Shown here in pieces: positions 7,567 to 16,106 of a DNA stretch of 55,945 bases. Origin of the DNA: Eubacteriales bacterium. Lineage in GTDB: Bacteria; Bacillota; Clostridia; Oscillospirales; CAG-272. Each line of letters begins with the position of its first letter. Position 1 is the first letter of the stretch. The notes beneath the pieces are model-generated. The model ran no database searches and was not told where the DNA came from. It worked only from the letters and a program-made list of their open reading frames with translations. The DNA lies in NCBI GenBank assembly GCA_045650025.1, contig JAZRQR010000062.1, positions 1 to 55,945 of the forward strand. Direction: 5' to 3'. Position numbers and translations under genes: made by a program.

Positions 7567-9036
7567 TTAGCCTTCGTAGTCGTAGCCGTATGCTTCGTAA
7601 ATGGTCTTGAGCAGCTTCTTGGTCTGCTTTTCGTCCTTGGTGATGTTCTTTACGATAGAGGGGCTCTTGCTGTTGAGCGAGGTCTGAACGATGCTTGCTG
7701 CAGCCAGACCCTTCTCGTGGAAGTGGGTGTAACCAAAGTCAAATACCTTGTGACGGATGATGATGTCAACCATCTCTGCGGACTCGGGGTCACGTGCGGT
7801 CTTGGACTTTGCAACCTTTTCGTACAGGGTTTCGGTAACCATGTAGTAAGAGGAAGAAGCCAGGACTTCCATCATGTAACCTGCCATATCCAGGTTTTCT
7901 GCGGAAACGCTCTTGGGAACGATCACAACGGAAGCGGAGCCGTTTACAAAGCTCAGATACTCTTCCTGCTTCTCATCGTACTTGGGCTGAGGCAGCAGAC
8001 CGTAGTCGTTCTCCATGTCTCTCAGACCGATTGCACTGGACAGATAGCTTGCATACATCAGAGCTCTACCGGACTTGAATACCGCTGCGGGCTCTGCGTA
8101 CATGGAGTTATTTGCCAGGTACTCGTTAACAGTTACGTGGAAGGACTGCTGGGTTACGATCAGCTCATAGATCTTGTCGTAAACAGTCTGCAGTCTGTCG
8201 GTGTTTGCATCGTATACGGGCAGGTGATCGTCGTCAAAGCTGAACAGCGTGCAGCCTGCGCCAAAGAAGAAGTTGTAGTCACAGTCCAGAGACCAGCCAA
8301 CCAGGCCGTAGAAGTCATCCTGATATGCAACCTTACCGTCACCGTTGAGGTCCTTGGTCTGATCCTTGGTCAGGAGCAGCATATCGTCAATGGTCCAGGT
8401 GCCTTCTCTTGCATCGTCATAGGGGTAGTCGATACCCTGCTCATCAAACAGGTTCTTGTTGAAGATAATAGCAGCGGTAATGGTGTTGGTGCTGGGCAGC
8501 AGGTCGCCGCAAGCCAGCAGCATGCTGTCACCGATCATGAAACCGTTCTTGCAGTCCTGGTCCCACCAAGGCTGGTCGAAGTTGACGTGCTCCAGATCGT
8601 TGAGCTTGTAGAGGTTACCGCCCTGTGCCAGGGTGGTTGCAGAGTTTACCATGTGCTGGTAAACGATGTGGTATTCACCGGTACCTGCAGAAACGTCTCT
8701 CTTGACAGTATCGCCCAGCTCGACGTAATCATCGATGACGATGCCGTTGATCTCAATGCCGTAGTAGCTTTCGATCATGTCGTTTCTTCTGTAAACAGCG
8801 TCTTCCAGGGGGTCAGAGGAGTTTTCCTCGGGGCCGGTGTCATCGTCTCTGTTACTGAGGATGACCAGTTCCTTGCCCTTGTACGCGTCGCTGTACTCCA
8901 GATCGGGGCTGACCCAGTGCGATTCTTCCTCGGTTGCGGTGGTGGAGCCTTCGCCCTGATCACCGTTTGCGCAAGCCGCCAGAACGCTGAGCAACATAAC
9001 GCCGCACAAAAGCAGAACTAAAAGCTTTTTGTACAT
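7567..9036 (-). CDS. Solute-binding-protein-like lipoprotein (paralog A)
   Basis: ORF trimmed to the ATG at 9036 (MYKKLLVLLLCG..., RBS GAAGGAA). Lipobox VLAAC. KDLNGDGKVAYQDD motif. By eye ~65% identical to the 9186..10679 product. Confidence 0.65.
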   Translation of the reverse strand: MYKKLLVLLLCGVMLLSVLAACANGDQGEGSTTATEEESHWVSPDLEYSDAYKGKELVILSNRDDDTGPEENSSDPLEDAVYRRNDMIESYYGIEINGIVIDDYVELGDTVKRDVSAGTGEYHIVYQHMVNSATTLAQGGNLYKLNDLEHVNFDQPWWDQDCKNGFMIGDSMLLACGDLLPSTNTITAAIIFNKNLFDEQGIDYPYDDAREGTWTIDDMLLLTKDQTKDLNGDGKVAYQDDFYGLVGWSLDCDYNFFFGAGCTLFSFDDDHLPVYDANTDRLQTVYDKIYELIVTQQSFHVTVNEYLANNSMYAEPAAVFKSGRALMYASYLSSAIGLRDMENDYGLLPQPKYDEKQEEYLSFVNGSASVVIVPKSVSAENLDMAGYMMEVLASSSYYMVTETLYEKVAKSKTARDPESAEMVDIIIRHKVFDFGYTHFHEKGLAAASIVQTSLNSKSPSIVKNITKDEKQTKKLLKTIYEAYGYDYEG

Positions 9037-9077
9037 AGGTTGTATTCCTTCTTTCTTAAAAATTTTCATACAGACAT

Positions 9078-9106
9078 ATTTTATCACAAATTTCACGCGT
9101 TGTCAA
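9078..9106 (-). promoter_or_regulatory. Sigma-A type promoter for 7567..9036
   Basis: Minus-sense TTGACA, 17 nt, TGaTAAAAT. Confidence 0.6.
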
Positions 9107-9145
9107 GTCAAAAATTCATTGTATAACGGACATATGCGCACAAAA

Positions 9146-9173
9146 GCAAAAAAGCCCTTGCCATGCAAGAGCT
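9146..9173 (-). terminator. Rho-independent terminator after 9186..10679
   Basis: 9-bp stem whose single mismatch is a G-U wobble only in minus sense. Followed by TTTTTTGC on the minus strand. A T-run also lies on the plus side. Confidence 0.7.
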
Positions 9174-9185
9174 TTTTTTGCGATT

Positions 9186-10679
9186 TTAGTCGTCGTAGCC
9201 GTACGCCTTGAGGATCTTTTTCAGCTCCTTCTTGGTGTTCTTTTCCGAGCTGGTAATGTCCTTTACGATCGAGGTCTTACCGGACTGCAGCGCGGTCTGC
9301 ACTACGTTGAAGCAGGGCCAGTCGCCATGCGAGTAATGCGAATAACCAAAGTCAAACACCTTGTGACGGATAATGATATCCACCATCTCGGCAGACTCGG
9401 GGTCACGCGCGTTCTTGGACTTTGCCACGACCTCGTACAAGGTATCGGTTACCATGGAATACGAGGACGAGCACAGAGCCTCCAGCATAAAGCCGGCAAT
9501 CTCCAGGTTGTCTTCATCCAGGCTGGTGGGCACGCAAGCCATGCTCGCGCTACCGTTGACCAAGCCCAGGTAGTTTTCCTGGCTTTCCTCGTACTTGGGG
9601 TTGGGCAGAATGCCGTAATCATCCACCATGTCACGCAAGGAAGTGGTGACCGACAGATAGGTCGGGAAGAACAATGCTCTGCCGTCACGGAATACGTTAA
9701 TGGTCTGATTGTACAAGGAATTATCGGTATTGTACTGCGCCCAGGTCACGTGGAAGGAATTCTGCGTGATCAGCAGCGTGTACACCTTTTCGTACATCTC
9801 CTGCAATCTGTCGGTGTTGGGATCAAATACGGGCAGGTGATCCTCGTCATACGAGAACATGGTCGCCCCCGAGCCGTAGAACAGATTGAAGTCCGCGTCA
9901 GCCGCCCAAGCGGTTACGCCGAAAAAGTCATCGGTATAAAAGATCTTGCCGTCGCCGTTGAGGTCCTTGGTCTGATCCTTGGTCAAAAGCAGCATGTCGT
10001 CCAGCGTCCAGGTGCCTGCTCTTGCATCGTCGTAGGGGTATTCCCAGCCGTTTTCCTCAAAGAGATTCTTGTTGAACAGCACGGTTGCCGTGATCAGCAT
10101 ACTGGAGGGCAGCAGGTCGCCGCACACCATCATCATGCTGTCACCGATCATAAAGCCGTTCTTGCAGTCCTGGTCCCACCACTCGCGGTCAAAATCCACG
10201 TAATCCAGCTCGGTCAGGTTGTACAGGTATCCGCCGGGTGCGAGCGAGCGCGCCGCGTCGATCATGTGCTGATATACAATGTGATAGCCACCCGTGCCGG
10301 AGGCAACGTCATTCTTGACGGAGGTGGTGATCTGCGTGTAGTCGGGCTGATACTGGTTGTTGAACTCCACGCCCAGCTCGTTTTGCAGCCTGTCGTCACG
10401 TCTGTAAACGGCGTCCTCCAAGGGGTCGGACGAGTTTTCCTCGGGGCTGACGTCATACTGGTTGTACGCCAGGATCACGATCTCCTTGTCCTTAAGGGAA
10501 ACGCTGAGCTTTTCGGTATCCAGCTCGGGGTTGAGCCAGTACGTTTGCTCCTCCACCGGGCCAGTGCCCTGCGATGCGGTCGTCTGCCCGTCCTCGCCTA
10601 CGTCCTGCCCTTGCGCACAAGCAGCCAGGCAAGCCAGCAGCATACTGCCAAGCAGCAGCCAAATCCATAATTTCTTCAT
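9186..10679 (-). CDS. Solute-binding-protein-like lipoprotein (paralog B)
   Basis: 497-aa ORF. Lipobox CLAAC. KDLNGDGKIFYTDD motif. Paralog of 7567..9036. Confidence 0.65.
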   Translation of the reverse strand: MKKLWIWLLLGSMLLACLAACAQGQDVGEDGQTTASQGTGPVEEQTYWLNPELDTEKLSVSLKDKEIVILAYNQYDVSPEENSSDPLEDAVYRRDDRLQNELGVEFNNQYQPDYTQITTSVKNDVASGTGGYHIVYQHMIDAARSLAPGGYLYNLTELDYVDFDREWWDQDCKNGFMIGDSMMMVCGDLLPSSMLITATVLFNKNLFEENGWEYPYDDARAGTWTLDDMLLLTKDQTKDLNGDGKIFYTDDFFGVTAWAADADFNLFYGSGATMFSYDEDHLPVFDPNTDRLQEMYEKVYTLLITQNSFHVTWAQYNTDNSLYNQTINVFRDGRALFFPTYLSVTTSLRDMVDDYGILPNPKYEESQENYLGLVNGSASMACVPTSLDEDNLEIAGFMLEALCSSSYSMVTDTLYEVVAKSKNARDPESAEMVDIIIRHKVFDFGYSHYSHGDWPCFNVVQTALQSGKTSIVKDITSSEKNTKKELKKILKAYGYDD

Positions 10680-10721
10680 GTCAAATACCTCTCAAAACGC
10701 ATTTTGATTGATCACCCTATC

Positions 10722-10750
10722 AGTTTACCACAGATCGGCAAACATGTCAA
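10722..10750 (-). promoter_or_regulatory. Sigma-A type promoter for 9186..10679
   Basis: Minus-sense TTGACA, 17 nt, TGgTAAACT. Confidence 0.55.
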
Positions 10751-10763
10751 GAGATACCGCCGC

Positions 10764-10790
10764 AAAAAAGGGCTGAGCCAGGCTCAGCCC
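10764..10790 (-). terminator. Rho-independent terminator after 10797..12374
   Basis: GGGCTGAGCC/GGCTCAGCCC palindrome followed by TTTTTTG on the minus strand. Confidence 0.75.
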
Positions 10791-10796
10791 TATAGG

Positions 10797-12374
10797 TTAT
10801 TCCTCCGTTTTGTCCGTGGAAGGCTCGGTCGGATCTTGCCCTTCCTCCTTGGCTTCCGGCACAGTCGCCTCGGTCTGCACTTTACCTTTCGCCGCCTGCT
10901 TGGCACGTTTCTTTTTTCTGCACTTGTACACGATCAGAATCACGATGAGTGCCACGATTGCCACCGGAATTGCCACAGGTAAGATCACGCAGACAAACAG
11001 CACCACCAACACCACAAGCAAATACAGCAATAATACGAAAATCGAATGGTCAAATGCTTTTTGCTTTTCACAGGTGGAGATTACCAGATAGTCAAAATCC
11101 GCATCCCCCTCCCAGTAGTAGCCGTCATCGGTCTGCTCATATTCCTTAAGGCTCGGAGTGGGTCTGTCCTCATTGTACAAATAATGGTTGGTCATAATGC
11201 GCACACTTGTTTTCCCGCACGCGCTCCATGCGTCGGCTACCGTCATGGCAAAAGCGTAGGTATAGACCGTGGGAGAGTAATAATTATGCTCGGACGGATG
11301 CAGCGGTGCCTTGACGGTGACCGTGACGCTCTGCCCGGGAGCCAGCGTCAGATCAAAGCAATTCCATGATTGCAGGTTGTACGCATCCAATTCCACCGCA
11401 TCTCCCATGTACGTCACGGCAGTCCCCTCGGCTTGAGCGCTCATGATATATGCAACAACCGCATTGTAGTAATCGATTTCGGATGCGCCGTCTTGCGCGT
11501 CATAGCTTTGCATGACCAGCTCGTAAAAGGTCATGGTGGTCTTGGATTCCAAGGTCACACTTGCCCCAAGCCGCTCTCCGTCCTCGTCCACCATCCACGC
11601 CACCTCGCCAATGTCCGTACCGATGGAATAGATGGTGGGATTTTTACGGTTAAATCCGGGAAACGAAAATCTGACCTTGTTCTCGCCCGCATTGCGTGGA
11701 TTCCACGCGTCGCACGCAAGCACCACACATTCCGTTGGATCTGCAACCAGCGAGCCCGTCACGTTAAAATAGTCATCCTTTTGTGAGGTATCGTACTCGG
11801 TGACATAAGTATATACATATACGGTCGCATCCGGTGACAAAATGGGATGCGAAACGTATGTATCCGAAAAATAGGGCAGGAACGCTGAGGCCGGGTCAAG
11901 GCGACCAAGCTGTGAGGGCGCATGAAAGTAATCGATGTTTGGCGTATAGGAATATCGCAACTGCGTCTGCACCGATTGTCCGTCGATCTCCACGGTGTAT
12001 TTCTGCGCGTCCGTGCCGTTGGGCAGGTTGGCGTACCAAGGGGCGCCCCCCACCTGCGCCAGCATACGCTCGGTGACGGTTTGCGCGGTGGGATTGCAAA
12101 TCGTATATGTAGCACTCACGCTCGCACCGTACGCCAAATATTCCGCTTCGGTGTCATACCGCTTATCGGGCGGCAGCTCGGTAGCGTCCAGCACGATCTC
12201 GGTACGCTCCAAAGCAAGCGCGGTGGAGCCGTCCGCCACCACGAGTCCGCCCGCAACACTACCCCAATATGGCTGCGCAGGTTCAATCGCCGCAAACGTC
12301 GGCACAACCATGCCTGCGCACAATAGCACGCACGCAAGCGCGGCGAAAACACGTTTGAAGGTTTTATGTTTCAT
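10797..12374 (-). CDS. Type I membrane protein of unknown function (signal peptide, large extracellular domain, C-terminal TM helix and Lys-rich tail)
   Basis: ORF 10797..12524 trimmed to the ATG at 12374 (MKHKTFKRVFAALACVLLCAGMVVPTFA signal peptide, RBS AAAGGAGC). C-terminal hydrophobic stretch followed by YKCRKKKRAKQAAKGK. No family recognised. Confidence 0.6.
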   Translation of the reverse strand: MKHKTFKRVFAALACVLLCAGMVVPTFAAIEPAQPYWGSVAGGLVVADGSTALALERTEIVLDATELPPDKRYDTEAEYLAYGASVSATYTICNPTAQTVTERMLAQVGGAPWYANLPNGTDAQKYTVEIDGQSVQTQLRYSYTPNIDYFHAPSQLGRLDPASAFLPYFSDTYVSHPILSPDATVYVYTYVTEYDTSQKDDYFNVTGSLVADPTECVVLACDAWNPRNAGENKVRFSFPGFNRKNPTIYSIGTDIGEVAWMVDEDGERLGASVTLESKTTMTFYELVMQSYDAQDGASEIDYYNAVVAYIMSAQAEGTAVTYMGDAVELDAYNLQSWNCFDLTLAPGQSVTVTVKAPLHPSEHNYYSPTVYTYAFAMTVADAWSACGKTSVRIMTNHYLYNEDRPTPSLKEYEQTDDGYYWEGDADFDYLVISTCEKQKAFDHSIFVLLLYLLVVLVVLFVCVILPVAIPVAIVALIVILIVYKCRKKKRAKQAAKGKVQTEATVPEAKEEGQDPTEPSTDKTEE

Positions 12375-12493
12375 GAGTTTGCTCCTTTCCGTCTTTTCGT
12401 CCACCGATAAATAAGCATAACGGCAAGGACGCACAGCAAAATTGCCATTGCGCCTGCCGTTATGCACAGATTTGCTTCTTTCAACTTTTTCAT
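12371..12493 (-). CDS. 40-aa single-pass membrane micro-ORF, translationally coupled (ATGA) to the downstream gene
   Basis: My own translation: MKKLKEANLCITAGAMAILLCVLAVMLIYRWTKRRKGANS. RBS AAAGGAGG 7 nt upstream of the ATG at 12493. The stop TGA overlaps the ATG of 10797..12374. Too short for the supplied ORF track. Confidence 0.45.
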   Translation of the reverse strand: MKKLKEANLCITAGAMAILLCVLAVMLIYRWTKRRKGANS

Positions 12494-12604
12494 AGTGAGT
12501 CCTCCTTTGCTTTGGGGTCTTCACCTATATAGACGCAAAAAATGCAAAATTCGTTTCGCGTTTTTTCAAAAAAGTTTGGTTAATAATTTATGAACAGCCG
12601 TAAA

Positions 12605-12976
12605 TCAGTTGCCGTACAGTCTGTCCAGATCGTAAAATTCTCTTGCCTCGCGGGAGAACACGTGCACGATGACGTGACTGTAGTCCAGCACGATCCAGGA
12701 GTTGTTGCCTCTGCCTTCGACAGCCTCTGCCTTGATGTCGCGCTCCTCCATCTTGAACTCGACCTCGCCTGCCAAAGCCTTGACGTGGGTGGAGGAGGTA
12801 CCGTTTGCCAGCACGAAATACTCGGCAATGTCGGTCTTTTCCTTAAGCTCTACGATCTTGATATCCTTTGCTCTGGTATCGTCCAGAATCTCGGCAATGG
12901 CTTCTGCCAGCTGCAGAGGCGTTGCGCCGATCAGCGAGGGCTTCTTTACGTTTTCATTGTTCAGAATCTCTTCCAT
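12605..12976 (-). CDS. rsfS: Ribosome silencing factor RsfS (iojap family)
   Basis: LANGTSSTHVKALAGEVEFKMEE...WIVLDYSHVIVHVFSREAREFYDLDRLYG. Start moved to the ATG at 12976 (MEEILNN), preceded by GAAAGGA. Confidence 0.85.
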   Translation of the reverse strand: MEEILNNENVKKPSLIGATPLQLAEAIAEILDDTRAKDIKIVELKEKTDIAEYFVLANGTSSTHVKALAGEVEFKMEERDIKAEAVEGRGNNSWIVLDYSHVIVHVFSREAREFYDLDRLYGN

Positions 12977-12989
12977 GGTATCTATCCTT

Positions 12990-13634
12990 TCAATTTTCAG
13001 TTGTGTTTTCAATCTTTAATTTCAAAATCAGGTCGTTTCTTGCACAAAACGTATCGGGGCTGACGGGTGCGACGTCCTCCAAAATGCCCGTAATGGTCAT
13101 GTCAAACGACTGCACCAGCACTTGCCACAGGTGCGTTTTCCGCTGCTCTGCGTTCATGCTTTCGGGGTTTGCGCCCCAAAACGCCTCTCGCAACGCCACG
13201 CAATCCGGGAAGGTGCGCGAGTCGTCAATATAGTCGGCAAGGTACACGATCTGCTCGGTCAAGGTCATGCCCTCCCTACCCGTGGTGTGGTAGCGCACGG
13301 CGGAGACGACCTCGTCCGTGGCGTATTCGGAGTACTGCTCGGGAATGAGCAGCGCGGCAGTTTTGGCGTGCAGCGTTTTGGGTGCTGCCAAGTCCAGCGC
13401 GGTGGGCACAATACCGTGCGCGCGCATAAATGCTGCGTGACGCTCGGTCTTCCATTCCTTGGTCACGTCGTGCAGCAGCGCCGCCACGCGCAGCATATGC
13501 TCCTGCTCGGGGCAATACAATTCTGCCAGTCTTGCCGCCATTTGCTCAACTGCCAGGGTGTGACGCGCGCGCTTTTCGGACATATCCGTCACCACGCGCT
13601 CACGCAGTTCTATGATATTCTGCATTTCGTTCAT
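12990..13634 (-). CDS. yqeK: HD-domain phosphohydrolase YqeK
   Basis: HTLAVEQMAARLA...LLHDVTKE HD motif. Conserved position between nadD and rsfS. Confidence 0.85.
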   Translation of the reverse strand: MNEMQNIIELRERVVTDMSEKRARHTLAVEQMAARLAELYCPEQEHMLRVAALLHDVTKEWKTERHAAFMRAHGIVPTALDLAAPKTLHAKTAALLIPEQYSEYATDEVVSAVRYHTTGREGMTLTEQIVYLADYIDDSRTFPDCVALREAFWGANPESMNAEQRKTHLWQVLVQSFDMTITGILEDVAPVSPDTFCARNDLILKLKIENTTEN

Positions 13635-14233
13635 TGGTATAACCCATTCTCCTCTATATATGCGGCAACGCGCGCGGGCACAAGCGCCTCAATGCCCTGC
13701 CCTGCCTTGACGGCGGCGCGGATCTCGGTGGAGCTGACCTCGATGGGATCGGTCACGATCCTGCGCACCACCTTGCCGTAGGTTTGGTTGTACTCTGCAA
13801 TTTTTTGCACGATCTCCTCGTCAAGTGCCTTGTCGCTCTCGCGGCGCACGTACACGGGATAGCAAAGCTCAAAAATGCGTGCGGGATTGCGCCAGGAGCC
13901 AAGAGTGAGCATCATGTCGGTGCCCAGCAGCAAGAACAGACGTCTGTCCTTTCCTGCAAGTGCTTCCAGCGTATCCACCGTAAAGCTCTTGCCCTCGCGG
14001 CGCATTTCCAGATCGCTGACGATCACGCCCTCCACGTCCGCAAACGCAAGCTCGCACATGCGCAGCCTTTGTGCCGACGTGACCTCGCAATCCATTTGCT
14101 TGTGCGGCGTGTTGCCCGTGGGAATGACGTACAAAACGTCCAGCCACATCTGCTCCATAAACGCCTTGGCAGCGGCTACGTGACCGTTATGCACCGGAGA
14201 GAACGTGCCGCCGTAAATACCGATGCGCAGCAT
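13631..14233 (-). CDS. nadD: Nicotinate-nucleotide adenylyltransferase
   Basis: IGIYGGTFSPVHNGHV (HxGH nucleotidyltransferase motif). 200 aa. 4-nt overlap with yqeK. Confidence 0.9.
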   Translation of the reverse strand: MLRIGIYGGTFSPVHNGHVAAAKAFMEQMWLDVLYVIPTGNTPHKQMDCEVTSAQRLRMCELAFADVEGVIVSDLEMRREGKSFTVDTLEALAGKDRRLFLLLGTDMMLTLGSWRNPARIFELCYPVYVRRESDKALDEEIVQKIAEYNQTYGKVVRRIVTDPIEVSSTEIRAAVKAGQGIEALVPARVAAYIEENGLYQ

Positions 14234-14234
14234 A

Positions 14235-14528
14235 TCAGGGCAGCTCGATGCGATTCTTTTTCTTCTCGGAGCGGCGGTACAGAATGATCTTTCTGCCGAT
14301 CACGCCGCAAACCTCTGCCTCCAGCGCCTCGCCAAGCGCATCCGCCATATCGCGGGGAGCGTATTCACAGTTATCAAGGACAGCCAGCTTGATCAGCTCG
14401 CGAGCGTCAAGCGCGTCCGAAAAGGTCTTGAGCATATTCTCGCTCATGCCGCCCTTGCCGATCTGCATAATGGTGGGCAGGTCGGTTGCCAGGCTGCGCA
14501 GGTATGCTCTTTGCTTGGATGTAATCAT
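14235..14528 (-). CDS. yhbY: CRM-domain RNA-binding protein YhbY
   Basis: SKQRAYLRSLATDLPTIMQIGKGGMSENMLKTFSDALDARELIKL. 97 aa. Confidence 0.85.
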   Translation of the reverse strand: MITSKQRAYLRSLATDLPTIMQIGKGGMSENMLKTFSDALDARELIKLAVLDNCEYAPRDMADALGEALEAEVCGVIGRKIILYRRSEKKKNRIELP

Positions 14529-14601
14529 AGTTAATCTCCTTGCCGCCCGTGGCGGCTCAAACAGTTTTGAAAGTTCAACTTAACATGGCTTCTAAGTCAT
14601 G

Positions 14602-15198
14602 TTAAGCGTGCTGCACCAGGAACTCCACCAGCAGCTGCATTGCCTTGCCACGGTGGCTGATGCTGTTTTTCTCTTGTGCCGTCATTTCGGCAAAGGTTTT
14701 TCCCATAGCGGGATAGTAGAACAAGGGATCGTAGCCAAAGCCACCCTCGCCTCTGTACTCGTGCAGGATCACGCCCTCGGTTCTGCCCTCGAAATAATGC
14801 GACTTGGTCAGATCCTCGGGGAATACGCAGGAAATGCCGCACACGAACGCGCCGCTTCTATCCTGCTTGTCCTCCAAGTTTTTGAGCAGCAGCGCATTGT
14901 TGGCTGCGTCGTTGCCGTGATCGCCCGCATATCTTGCGCTGTAAATGCCGGGGGCACGGTCCAGCGCGTAGACCTCCAGTCCCGAGTCATCCCCCACGCC
15001 GATGTAGCCGCTCTTGGCAGCTGCCTGCGCCTTGATAAACGCATTTTCGGCAAAGGTGGTGCCGTCCTCCTCAATCTCGTCGGTCAGCCCCACGTCGTCC
15101 AGGGACAGGATCTCCACGTCCGCGATGTGCGAGGACAAAATCTCACGCAGCTCACGGATCTTCTTTTGGTTATGTGATGCCAGTACGATCTTCATCAT
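14602..15198 (-). CDS. rdgB: Non-canonical purine NTP pyrophosphatase (RdgB/HAM1)
   Basis: KIVLASHNQKKIRELREIL...FGYDPLFYYP...SHRGKA motifs. 198 aa. Confidence 0.9.
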   Translation of the reverse strand: MMKIVLASHNQKKIRELREILSSHIADVEILSLDDVGLTDEIEEDGTTFAENAFIKAQAAAKSGYIGVGDDSGLEVYALDRAPGIYSARYAGDHGNDAANNALLLKNLEDKQDRSGAFVCGISCVFPEDLTKSHYFEGRTEGVILHEYRGEGGFGYDPLFYYPAMGKTFAEMTAQEKNSISHRGKAMQLLVEFLVQHA

Positions 15199-16106
15199 TA
15201 TTGCTCAAAAAGCGCCTTGATAAATTCGGCAGCGTTAAATTCCTGCATATCGTCGATCTTCTCGCCCACACCGATAAACTTGACGGGAATGCCCAGCTCG
15301 CGCTTGATGGACAGCACGATACCGCCCTTTGCGGTGCCGTCCAGCTTGTTGAGCGTCAGGCCGGTAATATTGGCAGCCTTGCCAAATTCCTTTGCCTGCA
15401 TAATGGCGTTCTGACCGGTGGTTGCGTCCAGCACGAGAAGGTTTTCTCTTGCGCAGCCGGGGCACTCGCGGTCAATCACGCGATTGATCTTGGCAAGCTC
15501 GTTCATCAGATTGGTCTTATTGTGCAGTCTGCCTGCCGTGTCAATGATCAGCACGTCGGCATTCTTTTTCTTAGCGTAGCTGATGGCGTCAAACACCACG
15601 GCAGCAGGATCGCTGCCCTCATTCTGGCGCACCATATCCACGCCTGCGCGGTCACACCATACCTGCAGCTGGTCGATTGCTGCTGCACGGAAGGTATCCG
15701 CTGCCGCAACCACGACCTTTTTACCCTGTGCGCGCAATCTGTTGGAGATCTTACCAATCGAGGTGGTCTTGCCCGCGCCGTTGACACCGATGACCAGCAC
15801 GATACTGGGTGTGGTGGACAGGTTGAGTGTGCCGCCGTCACCGATCATGTCGGTCAGCATCTCCTGCAGGGCGCTGAGCACGTCCTCTTTTTCCTTGATT
15901 CTGCCGTCCTTGATGCGCTCACGCAGCTCGTCCATGATCTCCTCAGTCGCGCCAACGCCAACGTCAGCCTCGATGAGCAGCTCCTCCAGCTCGTCCAGCA
16001 TATCCTCATCCACGCGCACAAAGTTGGAAAGTACGTCGTGTACCTTGCCAAACAGCGCGTCCTTGGTCTTTTTCAGTCCGGCCTTGAGTTTATCCAAAAA
16101 TGCCAT
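15198..16106 (-). CDS. ftsY: Signal recognition particle receptor FtsY
   Basis: [14 protein letters not shown]-loop, [16 protein letters not shown] motifs. Start moved to the ATG at 16106 ([21 protein letters not shown]). Confidence 0.9.
   Translation of the reverse strand: MAFLDKLKAGLKKTKDALFGKVHDVLSNFVRVDEDMLDELEELLIEADVGVGATEEIMDELRERIKDGRIKEKEDVLSALQEMLTDMIGDGGTLNLSTTPSIVLVIGVNGAGKTTSIGKISNRLRAQGKKVVVAAADTFRAAAIDQLQVWCDRAGVDMVRQNEGSDPAAVVFDAISYAKKKNADVLIIDTAGRLHNKTNLMNELAKINRVIDRECPGCARENLLVLDATTGQNAIMQAKEFGKAANITGLTLNKLDGTAKGGIVLSIKRELGIPVKFIGVGEKIDDMQEFNAAEFIKALFEQ

Noticed and set aside
12375-12524. N-terminal 50-residue extension of the 575-aa ORF (GTG start at 12524)
   Set aside because: There is no RBS. 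The extension is highly basic and non-protein-like and would bury a clear signal peptide. An alternative frame carries a strong RBS and a plausible micro-ORF ending in an ATGA overlap with the ATG at 12374.
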